64,000 nt of DNA, from the NCBI GenBank assembly GCA_973895155.1, contig OZ316895.1, positions 11,244,858 through 11,308,857 on the forward strand, given 5' to 3'. A program made the translations under genes and the position numbers. The stretch's first letter is position 1; every line of letters starts with the position of its first letter. This DNA is from Marsupella aquatica. Taxonomy: Eukaryota > Plantae > Marchantiophyta. Below the pieces are notes generated by a model that was given only the letters and a program-made list of their open reading frames with translations, had not been told where the DNA came from and ran no database searches. Positions 12,101-23,369 of the stretch are shown here, one piece after another.

Positions 12101-15100
12101 GTGCACTCCTATATGGATTGCAAGTCGTGACATGTGTTTTGCAGTGTCATTTTCGATCAAAACTTGCGGGTACATATAAAACATTTTTGCTGGACAAGAC
12201 TCAACACAAAATGGAACTTGAAGGCAATAGCGACAAACAATTCCTCCAGCATCGATAAACCTCCCAGGACAATGCTGACCAGAGAGCTTGGGGGTCCCAT
12301 CCCATCCATTACAGTTTCTGACTTGAGTCCTGGTGTAAAACTCACATGCTCTATTTCGGCATTCGAGAGAACCACTACAGCTTACTTTCCCAAACTCCCA
12401 CATCTTCTTCAGAATGACATTAGCAGAAGTAGGAAGGATTCTAGTCCAAAGGTAGCAGTCCTTGCATCGATCCATGTTTCGCAGACGATCCCCTTTCGAG
12501 CCAACACCTTGAACAGGTGGAAGCTCAAATATGGCATTCCCATTGTACTCTACAGGTAAGCATTCAACCTGTTTGTGAATGAATGCCTCGGACCTAACAA
12601 AGCGCGCTAACTCACTTTGTCCAGTTGACTTCAACAAGGCATCAAGTGCGCTTCTTCTATACACAACCAGAACAGGACGAGTTAGAGTGTCTCCATCATC
12701 AGACTCCTCCGACGGAAACAATACGGGGGGTACCTGGGGCGTCAACAAACTGGTACTTCCGCCCTCCTTATTGACCTCACTGCCCCTTGAGATTGGTGGA
12801 GAACCCTCAGAGCATAGGTCAATCACATCGTGAGCGACCTGGTTCCTCTCCACTTTGACATGAACAATGTCCCTTAGTTGAATGAAAATCAAGTACTCCA
12901 CACCATATTCGAGATTCCAAACAACGTCCTCCGCTTCAGTATCAAAATGAGCGGGCCCATCGTTCAAAGTTCTGATACTCAAAATATGTTTTCTCGTCAC
13001 CCCAAATCTTCCACACAGGTAATTATCACTAACACGTTTCTTGGTTTCGGAAATCGACACAGGGATCGTCACAACGTCACCTGTATTCGGACACGTTATT
13101 CCAATAATGCGAGACATTCTAACTCCCCAAAGATAACCGACTACATAAAATAATGATACATGGTAAGATCAATCTAGATTGTATGGTTGAGGGTTTCTTC
13201 TAAATCCAAGTCTCAAAAGGAAAGAGCCGTCTAGCGGTTATAGGATCCGTTGGGTACGGATTTTCTTACCGTTCACGAAACGACAAAACCATCAATTATG
13301 CGGAAAGTTACTGTTAAATTAATGGTTTTGACGTTGTAACCAACGGGGTAATATAGTAGCGCCAGGCGCTAGCATTGTCCACATCTGAAATATCCCCAAA
13401 AATGAACAACAAAAGAAAAGATCATCGACCATTTTGGTCACTGACACAGGTTAAAATCCTACGACAGGTTTCGGGTTTGCTTGGAAATATATTGGGTTTC
13501 CTTGGAAATACCCCTTATTTATGTCAGACGACAATATTACCCTTTGCTAATATTAAAATCGATCCATTTGAACACGATTACAAGCTATCATAATAATAGC
13601 GCCAGGCGCTATCATAAAAGTCATAAAATTGTCAAGATGTACTCGCAGATTATTTATAGAAACTTACACATTTTGGGTCCAAACATATACCATTTTCATG
13701 TGTCTCGTTACTAGCGCTGGGCGCTATTATTGAAATCTATACATTTGAGCCATATTTGACACTAAAAGAAAATAGCGCCTGGGACTCTCGTAAACTTTAT
13801 CAAAACAGAATCCGTTTATTACAAAATCTTTCACGCTTTAGTCCATTCATTCGCTTGATTTTTTAGTACAATGTTACTAGCGCCAGGCGCTATTATTAAA
13901 ATTCATCATTTTAAGATATATTTTAGTCTAGCATAATAATAGCGCCAGGCGCTAATATTAGATCGAAGTAGAATACTCAGATAAACGGTCTTTTTAAACG
14001 GTAACTTTGACCGTTTATCGTTACAATTTAGAATGAATTCTTGGATAAATATATTCACGAGTACCTATAACTAGTTAAAATGTGACAAGTGTCAACCTTT
14101 AGTAGGTCTGCTTTTGGATGCTCGTGCTTTTCGATGAGTACTTGTGATACATGTCCGTCTGCCACAGGGTATATCAGATAAGATCTTTTCGCAATAGTGT
14201 CTTCCTTGATCGTTAGAACGACCTCTGTGCATGTTTAGGATCGTTGTCAATCATTCGTCCATATCGGTACAGCACCACAAGAAACGTTGCATCACGCAAG
14301 AAGCACGTTGCGGTGCGGGTTCCCCGTGTGTATGCATCTTAAACAAACATGGAGAATCATTCTCCTGGCCATTCTGAAACATCTGAGTCCTCATTCTCCG
14401 GATCAGTTTATACTCGGAGAGTCACTCGTTCGTCTGCGTCGAACTCTTTGCGAAACATTAGTCAGGCGATTCCAAAGCCAAAACGAGGCATCATGGAGTC
14501 TTACGGAGATTTTGCGATGGAGGACGGGGGCGAGGGAGTCCTCTCCATGGATGCTGTGATCGAGAAATACGCAATGTCGTTTGGAGTCGATTTCAGAGGG
14601 GAGAAGAAAGAGCCGCCGCGTATCCCTCTTTGTCGGCTTGTTCACATGGAAATCGTTCGGACTTTGCAGAAAAATAGTGCATCTATCGATAAGCTCAAGG
14701 ATTCGTTTCGGAGCTCTGGGTACAACTCTTCAATTGGGATGCGGTTTTACGTCCAGCCCATGGATTCAGAAGGAGTCGTTCAATTCTGCACGCCTGAAAT
14801 TTGGGAGACCTGGGATGTTGTTTGGGTTGCCCAGAACAACTTGTTTGAAGCATAATGTGCTACTGATCCAGATTTCCACATTCTGAAGGATAAGATGTTC
14901 TATGTTTTTGATGGGAATCATCGACTCTACACGTGGACCCAAGTAACAAATGAGAATCCAGACAATATCAAGTACCATCCGCGTGTTCAATGCACTGTTT
15001 TTAAGGGAGATCGAGGTTCTCTAGTTGAGCTTGAAGCGGCTATGCACATGGTGAACCAGTAAGTATTCCTCAAGTTGCATAAACGCTATTGAATTTGGTC

Positions 15101-17613
15101 GATTGCGCTTGATTTTTGCAAGGTTAGTTAGCGCCAGGTGCTAATATTTTCCATTATATCTTACAGGTTAGGGCAAGCTGTGGTGGAACCATCATGGATT
15201 CTCGATGCCGATAGAATCAATAGGATTTTAACTCATGACTTGGAGGCCTACAAGCCGATCATCGACCCCGGAAGCTTCAAGCGATTTCAAACTGTTCGTG
15301 CCAAAACAAGGAAGGGGTCTTGGTATACCAAGCAGATGCCATTGGAAGCATTGGTTTACATCTTGTGTGAAAACAAGATTAAGTCATATTCACTTCAATT
15401 TAAGCTTGACTTGGCTGCTGTGGCAAGTCAAGGTCGCTCGTGGTCATCTAAAGAGACTGGTAAGCGGTATGCTGCCATGATGAAGGAGGCAACGAAGGAG
15501 TGGAGCATAAAGACATCCAAGATTACCCCCCTGATAAGCCCAGAGTTTGGTGATTTTCTGTCAACTTGTGCAGAAATGTACATTCTTACGGAGAGGAACA
15601 AACGAGAAAAGAAGCCGGACTCTGTAGTATGTACAATGGACCGCGCGCGTCTATTCACTGCTGTCTCCTACTTGGATCCACAACTGCGCTGTACTCTTCT
15701 TATCGCTCACTGTACACCAGAGCTCAGAAAACAATTTTACCATCCCCCGAGTGTGAATGATGACCCTGTTAAACAGTGGTGTCATACATGGCACATGTGG
15801 AGTTTGGTGGAAGGAATTGCAATTGCAATGTTACAGACATCTCTTTCGCAAGTCCAGTCGATCCTACCTGCTGATCGTCTAACGCTAGGAGGAGTGGAGA
15901 CGTTTGAAGCATTGGTCTTGAACATCACCAATGATTTCAAGACATACGGTGAAACAGTGAAGGCGAAGTTTTTTAGCACAATTTGGCAGTCCAAGTACGG
16001 AGACAAGGAAGACTATACCATTCGCAACCAGAAGCGAGCCAAGAGATATCTGTATCGCTTCTACATGGCCATGGAGACCAGTTCTCCAGAGTATTTTTGG
16101 GCTTACCCTCCTGCATTCCAGAAATGGTCCGTTCTAGAGGGGGATGCTTCTAGCGAAGTTTACTCAATGTACACTGCCGAAGGGGACGTTCCACCACGTG
16201 AAATTTCATTGTGGGAGATAACCCACTGTCCATGGTATCTTGACACAGATAAGTGGGACACCCGTTTCGATGAAGCTGAAAAGGATGCATTTCTGAAATT
16301 ATCAAAGTCTTTAGTGCCTCGGAAAGTTCTCTCTGAAATGAAACAAGGTTTATCGGAAGATGTAGATGCCTCGGCGAGCGAGCTGCAGAAACATTGCGAA
16401 ACAGAAGTTTTGCATGTAGACAGGAGTCGAAAACCCAGGGCAAAAGCAAAAGTAGACACTGGAGTAACCAGCCCATCAACGAGATCTGGGAAGAAACGTG
16501 AGATTCTTCTATTTTTCATTGGCATTCAGTATTTTCTCTTCACTAGTTTGGATATTTAGGTGACTTTTTGTTAAGCGCCACATATGTTGGTGTGCCTTTA
16601 TTGCTTGATTTTTGTGCATTTTGGTTAGCGCCCGGCGCTTGTGTTATTTTCCAGTGGCATTCTGTATTTTTTTGACGAGCGCTGCAGATCAAGTTGTCTA
16701 TTTGGTTAGCACCCGGGAGTGAAATTCGGTTAGCGCCCGGCGCTGGTGTTATGTGGACCGTAATCTTGGAAACTTTTGTATCTTTTTCTAGGTGGACGGA
16801 AATCGGATGGAGAAGAAACACAAGATGCAAAGACGACTGTCACTCCTGGAGTCTCTGAAGCTGATACGGGGGAACAAGATGTCCCTGATGAACAGACTCC
16901 TCCCAACACGGAGAAGATGGTGCGACCTGCAAATGCCACCAGCACAAAGAAGAAGAAAAAGAAATCTTCAGATCATGGATTTTCCTCTCGGGATTCGGTC
17001 GCTTCTACTGGTGTTCAACGAGATGTTGGACAGTTCAAGTCTAAGACTTCTAGGCATGTTTTTGTTGAGTCCAGTGTAATGGACTTCTTTGAGAGTGTGT
17101 TCACGAAAGAGCAGAAACCAGCTTGGGTGTCAAATGTGGAGAAGTGGGTGAAAGACCTAGTCTTGCTTGGTTTAAGGGAGAAAGGAGTCATAAGAGGAGG
17201 AAAGATAAGATCATTTGGAGTTGATGCTGGATTCGTTTACCTCCCAACTGGACTGCGTCCATCCCTTTTAGAGAAGAAGTCTCCAAAATGGAATTCCCCA
17301 GATCACAGAATTGTTGGTTCATTCTTTCGCGCAATGGACCCCTTTCTAGCAGATGATGGTATATTGGCCATTTTGCATACTGGCGAGTATGATCAGATCT
17401 CGCAGGTCATTGCCGCGAGCCAGGAGTCTCAAAAGTTTCAGTGTGTGAAAACCCTGAACGTGGTTATGGGAGTTCCAATGTACATGGCCCGAAGTGATTG
17501 CCAGGTAAATTCTCTCACTCTTCGTGCTGTCCTTTGTTAGCGCCGAGCGCTAGCTAAAAATGTTTTCATTACCCTTCAGTTAAGGGGATATTCTTTGTTA
17601 GCGCCTGGCGCTA
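9115..17613. repeat. Dispersed 15-bp palindrome TAGCGCCNGGCGCTA (about 15 copies)
   Basis: Copies at 9115, 9286, 10999, 11071, 13357, 13597, 13712, 13878, 13940, 15129, 16626, 16731, 17538 and 17599, plus degenerate ones. All are in introns or intergenic DNA. Confidence 0.92.
9376..13117 (-). pseudogene. MULE-type DDE transposase with N-terminal GCM/WRKY-like zinc finger and C-terminal SWIM finger
   Basis: C.GSL.C.N..C...C..C...C.A...RL..H.G.H.HP, then VSFD...E....W...GFMADNA.A.W.AVR.VF...FH..QS (MULE core) and CCSCEDF...PCKHLYW (SWIM). Intron about 10869-11101. One frameshift near 10000. Confidence 0.75.
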
Positions 17614-18052
17614 TCCAAAATTCATTGTTATGCCGTGATTTGAATGATTTTCTGGTTGGATCGTCGGCATCTTAACAATGGACTTTGTTGGGATTTCACA
17701 GGTTTTCACATTGAGATTGGATCTGTTCAGTCGTGTTTTGTCAAAGGTTAAGGTTCCAAAGGACCCCAAGTTTCGACCCCTCTCTGCGACTGAAGATCCT
17801 TCTATCACTAACCTTATTGGTCTCCCGAGTGTGAAGAAGAATCCAACTCCTTCAGCAGCGTTTGCTGGCAATGGACGCTTGTCCGTTGGGTTCATGCAAT
17901 CTGTGTTAGAGTTAATCACTCGTCCGAGTGACATTGTCATGGACTGGACTGTGGGTTCGGGAAGTACATTTGTTGCTGGTGACTATTGTGGACGTTTTAT
18001 TCTTGGTATAGAAAACCGAAAAGAGTTTGTTGAGATTGCGGAAAAGATGGAT
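14349..18052 (+). pseudogene. Multi-exon gene: ParB/Sulfiredoxin-like N-terminal domain, helical region, C-terminal beta-class N4C/N6A DNA methyltransferase-like domain
   Basis: RIPLCRL..VR.LQ..I..LK..F...GY and VFDGNHRL (ParB). VDAGFVYLPTG, FLADDGILAILH and ELITRPSDIVMDWTVGSGSTFVAGDYCGRFILGIE (MTase motif IV-like ... motif I order). Introns 15059-15166, 16498-16791, 17505-17701. TAA at 14853. Confidence 0.72.
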
Positions 18053-21000
18053 CCTTCACCTGCTGCGGCATGAAAGGCACCCTTGGTGGAGGGTTTGGAA
18101 TGTACCAGCAGAAGAAGACTCCTCTGATGAAGAGTGGAGAGCTGACTTTGTGGATTCTAATACAGCTAGGCATAGAGACTACGTAGAGCAGGACATAGAC
18201 TGTGCAGAGGATGGTCCTAGGGTCCAACATGAGAACGTGGATGACCAAGATGGAGATGCAGAGGCAGTCACTGAGGACGGTGGGATGGATGTCCCAAGAA
18301 TGGTTCAAGAGATTTTTGAAGACCTTGATGCTTTTTACGACACAGTGGAATCAGAAGAGGACAATGAACCGCAGCCACACATTGGAGACGGCCAAGCTGA
18401 ACCTGATTTTGACATTGGGGAAGGTGCAGCAGAGAGGGAATGGGTGTTTGGGGGCCCAAAACACATCAAAGAAGCTTGCATTCCTATTTACGAGGGGTCA
18501 AACTGCTCCAAACTGGGTTTTGTCGTGTTGTTGTTGAACATCTGTGGCAATCACAATGTTCCCAATATATTTGTGACAGAGTTGTTGACCTTCCTGCGCC
18601 GAAATGTGTTACCAGATGGTAATTCAATTCCAAAAAATATGTACGAGGCTAGGAAATTGATGTCTAACCTTGGGCTGAACTATGTGTCTATTGATGCATG
18701 CCCTGATGGGTGTGTTCTCTTTCGCAAAGAGCATGCAGATAAATTGACATGCCCTCATTGTGGTAAGCACAAGTACAAGAATGTAGGGAAATGTACACAC
18801 CCTGCCAAGGTTCTTCGTCATTTTCCTCTCATTCCTAGACTACAACGTCTGTTTAGATGCCCTGCCATTTCCAAGCTGATGACATGGACTCCTGATAACA
18901 AGAGTAGTGATGGCCTGCAGCGTCATATTGGAGATTCCAACCATTGGAAATTTGTTGATGAGAGGTGGCCACAGTTTGCTGCAGAGAAGCGGAACTTTTG
19001 ATTTGGTCTATCACTGGATGGAGTAAACCCATTTGGAGACAAAAACAACTGTTATTCATGTTGGCTGGTTATGCTGCTAAATTACAACCTTTCCCCATGG
19101 ATGACTACAAAGTGGTTTTTTGTCACTATGGTGCTGTTAATCCCTGGACCAGCTTCTGTGACCGAGCAATTCATAGATATCATGTTGGCTCCAGCAGTGG
19201 AAGAGTGGAAGACTTTGTGGATAGAAGGGGTGTTAACCCATGATGTTCTGAAGGGGCTTCTTCGACCCAGCCCCTTTAGACTGCATGCAATTTGTTTGCT
19301 GGATATAGCAGATTACCCATGCCATGGCATCATATCTGGACGAGTGACAAAGGGCTATGTGGGGTGCACACCATGTGGGAAAAATGTGACAAGTGAGTGG
19401 TCGCATGCCCTGCACAGTATGAAATTTCAGGGGCATAGAAGGTATCTGCCTGTTGATCATCCTTACAGGCACACACGGTCTCAAATTGCACACTTCAACA
19501 ACAATTGTGGCCCACCACAGAGGGTCACCAGAGAGCAAATCCTGAGGTGGGCAACCAGGAAGGCTGATTGGGACAAGAGAAGTGCCACTGATCGAGAACT
19601 TGAGGATCCAGTGGTGAAACACGGTGTGAAAAGACAGACCTTGATGGACTTGGAGTTGGAGTACTGGAGGGTAATGTACTTAGCCTCCAGCCCCTGTACG
19701 ATTGCAATTTTAGATTGGAGCAATGGTGGATTGATGTTGGTTACAATCCTCCTCTGTGGTTAATTAGTGTTTATGTTGTTGAATTCTTTGCTTTGTGGAG
19801 TGCAGGAATTCGAGCCCAGCAAACACAATGTGGACGTCATGCACATTGAGAAAAATATTTGTGAGAGCTTGCTGAAGTTCTTGTCGGGTGAGAAAGATAC
19901 AGGAGCAGTTCGAGCTGATATGCAACAGAAGGGGATTCCCCCTCACCTTTGGTTGAAGCCCCATGCAAGCAATCCCAATGTACTTCTCAAGTTCCAAGCT
20001 CCCTATGTGTGCACACAGGATGAATGGAAGACATTCTTGTATAGATTGAGCTGTCTGAAAGTGCCCTCTGGCTATGCTGGTGCCTTCAAGAAGCATATTA
20101 CAAAGAATAAACTTGGCAGTATGAAAACACATGACTACCATGTGTTGATGCAGCACATTCTGCCCCTATGCCTCAGAGGTCTCATACAAAAACCAGTCCG
20201 TAATGTCATTCTTCGACTGTGCAATGTATTTTGCCGTATATGTGTGAAAGTGTGGGATCCCCAAGGATTGGAGCAGTTGAAGCAGGATGCTGCTTATGTC
20301 CTCTGTGACTTGGAGATATACTTCCCCCCTGCTTTCTTTGATGTTATGACTCATCTCCTAATCCATGTGGTAGAAGAGCTAGGGCAGTATGGGCCAGTCA
20401 GTACCAGATGGATGTACCCTATGGAGCGATACATGAAGTTGTTGAAAGGTCATGTGAGAACATACTACAGGCCAGAGGCTTCCATGGCATTGGGGTACAT
20501 TAAGGATGAGACGTTGGGATTCCTAACAGAGTACATGGCTGGGTCTGGTGAAGCTATGACAAGAGTTTGGAAATCTGGTGAAGATGATGGAGTGAGTGGC
20601 GAGGTTGTTGAAGGTGTGGGACGTGCTGTTCAGCTGCCTGTTGCGATTCGAGACAAGGCTCATTCATATGTGCTGGCAAACACAGAGCCTATGCAACCAT
20701 GGTGGAGGTGAGTGATTGAATTGACTTGCCTTTGTTGTGATGCTTCTTGTCTGTTCCAAGGGTGATCTTAGGTTGTCATGTGTTGTTTAGACCTAACTAT
20801 GCCTGTACCTCATATTGCAGGGAATATGATATGCAAAAAGCTGCACACTCTGGGCAGCAGGATCCCTTCCCACAGTTTGAGCAGTGGATTCAAGTGACAA
20901 TTCGAGAGCATAGTAGACATCACCCAGATATGGAGAAGGATTTGTATCTTCTATCTGTGCCACCACGATTGTCTATTCTGACCTACAAACGGATGAGAGC

Positions 21001-21444
21001 TTATGGAAATCATTATCGAGTGAGGGATGAGCAGGGTGACCATTGTGTATCATATGATTGTGGTTTGATTTCTGTGTTTGAGCAGAGAACCTCTGAAGAA
21101 GAGAGGGGGTGGATGAAGATGGGTTACGTGGGGGAGTTGACCGACATTTGGGTGTTGAATTATGGTAACACAAGTGTCCCAGTGATATTGATGAAGGGAT
21201 CATGGGTGAAATCAGAGTGGCAGAGACCAAGGGCCACCATGAAGCGTGATCATGATGGGTTCTTGTTGGCCAATTTTAGGTCCAGAGTACCAGAATGGTC
21301 TGAGCCTTTTGTTTCCCTAGCCAAGTTGAACAGGCTTTCTTTGCAGATGTGGAGGAGTCCCATGGCTGGAGGGTGGTATGCCATAGCCAAGCACGGAACA
21401 GGCGGATGGATGGAAGTAAAGTAGAGTTCAGTTTGGATGACCAT
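18053..21444 (+). pseudogene. CACTA TnpD transposase (Transposase_21, DUF4218, DUF4216), disrupted; 3' tail at 31381-31520
   Basis: IDACPDGCVLFR, LRHFPLIPRLQRLF, HNVDVMHIEKNICESLL, MKTHDYHVLMQ, FPPAFFDVMTHL..H, RWMYPMERYM, YKRMRAYGNHYRV. Stop at 18999-19001 plus frameshifts. Introns about 19671-19805 and 20708-20820. Confidence 0.92.
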
Positions 21445-23300
21445 TGTGATGCCTAGACAGGAATCACTCGGCCGGTTAAGTGGGTAAAGCAGGAAGGCAC
21501 CCTAGGAACACCTTAGTATAGGGACAAAACAAGGAAAATATAAACAATTAGGGGCAACCATGGAACCCGGGCCGAGGCCGGAGGTAAGGCTGAGGGTGAA
21601 AACCCGATTAGGGTTAGGGCGCGTTAAGCGTCGGCGGCTAGGAAGGATCAACGGGAAGAAGGACCCAGGAGGAGAGGACTACCTTGAAACAAGAACGGGA
21701 GGAAGCCCAGAAGGAACTAGAGGAGGCACGCAAGGACCTGGATGAGACCCAGGAGGAGTTGGAGGAAATCACGAGAAAGATGGAGAACCTCCAGTGGCGG
21801 GCCGACAACCAAACGGAGCGGCTGAAGAAACAAGCCGCAGTATTTAGGTGCTTGTCTTCATCAGGCCCAACTCCAATTGGGGCAACCAAGTTACCAGGAG
21901 TGGTACTGGCCGAAGAAAAAGCCGCGCCAACTGCACCAGTGCCGGAGGTAAGTGGGAAGGGGAAGGGACCAGCTGCCGAACCAGAAAAGAAGAAAAAGCG
22001 GAAACCTTCAGGGTCAAGGAGTAATCCGACTCCACAAGCCGTGGTGACCAAAGAGGTAGAACCAGCACCATCCTCCGACATGAATACGGCAATAGATCCC
22101 GCTATGATCACAGGTAGGGATGGTGCGGCCCAAGCCGAACTACTCAGTAAGGAGGCCAGTATTCCAGATCCGCCTCTTGAGCAGGCCGGGGAGACCGTAG
22201 CCGAGGCTGAGGCCGTAACCGATTCTCGAGCCGATGCCGACGCCGATGGTGGACCCAGTCAGGCCGATGGAGAGTTGACTCAGTCAAGGGCAGGTAATCT
22301 GTCAGGGAATGAGCCTACGGCAGTGGCTGAGGAGGAAGCATTGGGGGCGTCCATTAAGGATCCACCACCGGTGTCGTGACGGTGCAAGGGCGCCATTCCT
22401 TTTAGGGAGGGCGGACGTGGAGGGAGGAGGCGTGAGTGGGCAGGGCGGGCGCGGATCTCCACGTTTAGGATTAGGATCAGAACCAGGAGCGGCCCTGACA
22501 CTTAGCTTAGTGGGATTGCGGTCCCACTGGTAGGAGCAACACTTGTGCTCCTGCCTTGCTGTACATAGGTAGATTCGGGCAAGTAGATTACTGTTAAGTA
22601 GATTAGGCTTACGATGCAAAGAACGGCGGATCCACTACCAGGATAAGTACCTGGGCAGCGGGGAGCTCAGGGCCTCTTCTTTAGCAAGTTTTTAGTTTGC
22701 ACCAGCCGGGCTGGGATCAAGTAGTACGAGAAGCTCTCGGTTAGTCATACAGTGACCCTTGTGTATATTCATGTTTCCTCATGCCTAAGAGCTGAATAGA
22801 GTTGGCCTCACGGCTTAGTTCGCAGAACTTGTGTATGAGATGTACTATTTGTATGGCAAGTGCATGGTATGACTCAGTCAGAATGAGTCATTTTGCTATT
22901 TGTGTGTCGCATTAACTTGTGTGAAGAGTGCCCACATCAACAGAAGGAAGGAAAGTAAGCAGGGGAGTGAGAGTTGGATGTGTCGAGCTAAGAGAGGTCT
23001 TAGCGGCTTAACCAAGCCTATTGGGGATCATTCCGGCGGCGGAATCCAAACATACCTAACAAGACGGAGGGGAAGACAGGGGAAGACAGGGGAAGGCCTA
23101 TATTAGGCCGGCTACGTATCTCATGACCCGATGAAGGATCTGTCCAGTATATGTGTGTAAAATGTTAATAGTAGTAGTAGAAGGTTAGCAGCGTCCCATG
23201 CCGCTAAGCCGCGGAAATGGCCTCGCCAAGCACGAAACCTGCGGGAATCGGCTTGAGCTGGGGGGTTTCTTGGGTTTAGGGAGCCATGGGACGCACCACA
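21445..23300 (+). repeat. 5' LTR (internally deleted)
   Basis: Near-identical to 29525-31380 (about 6 substitutions seen by eye). Confidence 0.95.
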
Positions 23301-23304
23301 TTTT

Positions 23305-23323
23305 TGGCGCTAGATGGAGGGGG
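23305..23323 (+). promoter_or_regulatory. Primer binding site TGGCGCTAGATGGAGGGGG
   Basis: TGG-starting motif 4 nt after the 5' LTR. Not the Met-i type. Cognate tRNA not determined. Confidence 0.75.
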
Positions 23324-23369
23324 CATTTCTTAAGCCGTGAGATATGAAGTTAGAACGGAAGCGTAGGTA

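Larger units (their letters stand above)
8695..18052. mobile_element. Mutator-like element copy 1 (transposase plus ParB/MTase gene), right end truncated
   Basis: Left terminus GGGCCCGACCTCCATGACAGGAAACAGG...CATAACAGG is homologous to the reverse complement of the copy-2 end at 52986. Divergent two-gene layout. About 15 TAGCGCCNGGCGCTA palindromes. The right side fuses into the TnpD exon. Confidence 0.75.

Noticed and set aside
14349-18052. Bacterial contamination explaining the ParB/MTase gene
   Set aside because: The gene has GT-AG introns and is nested in plant-type transposons with intact TSDs.
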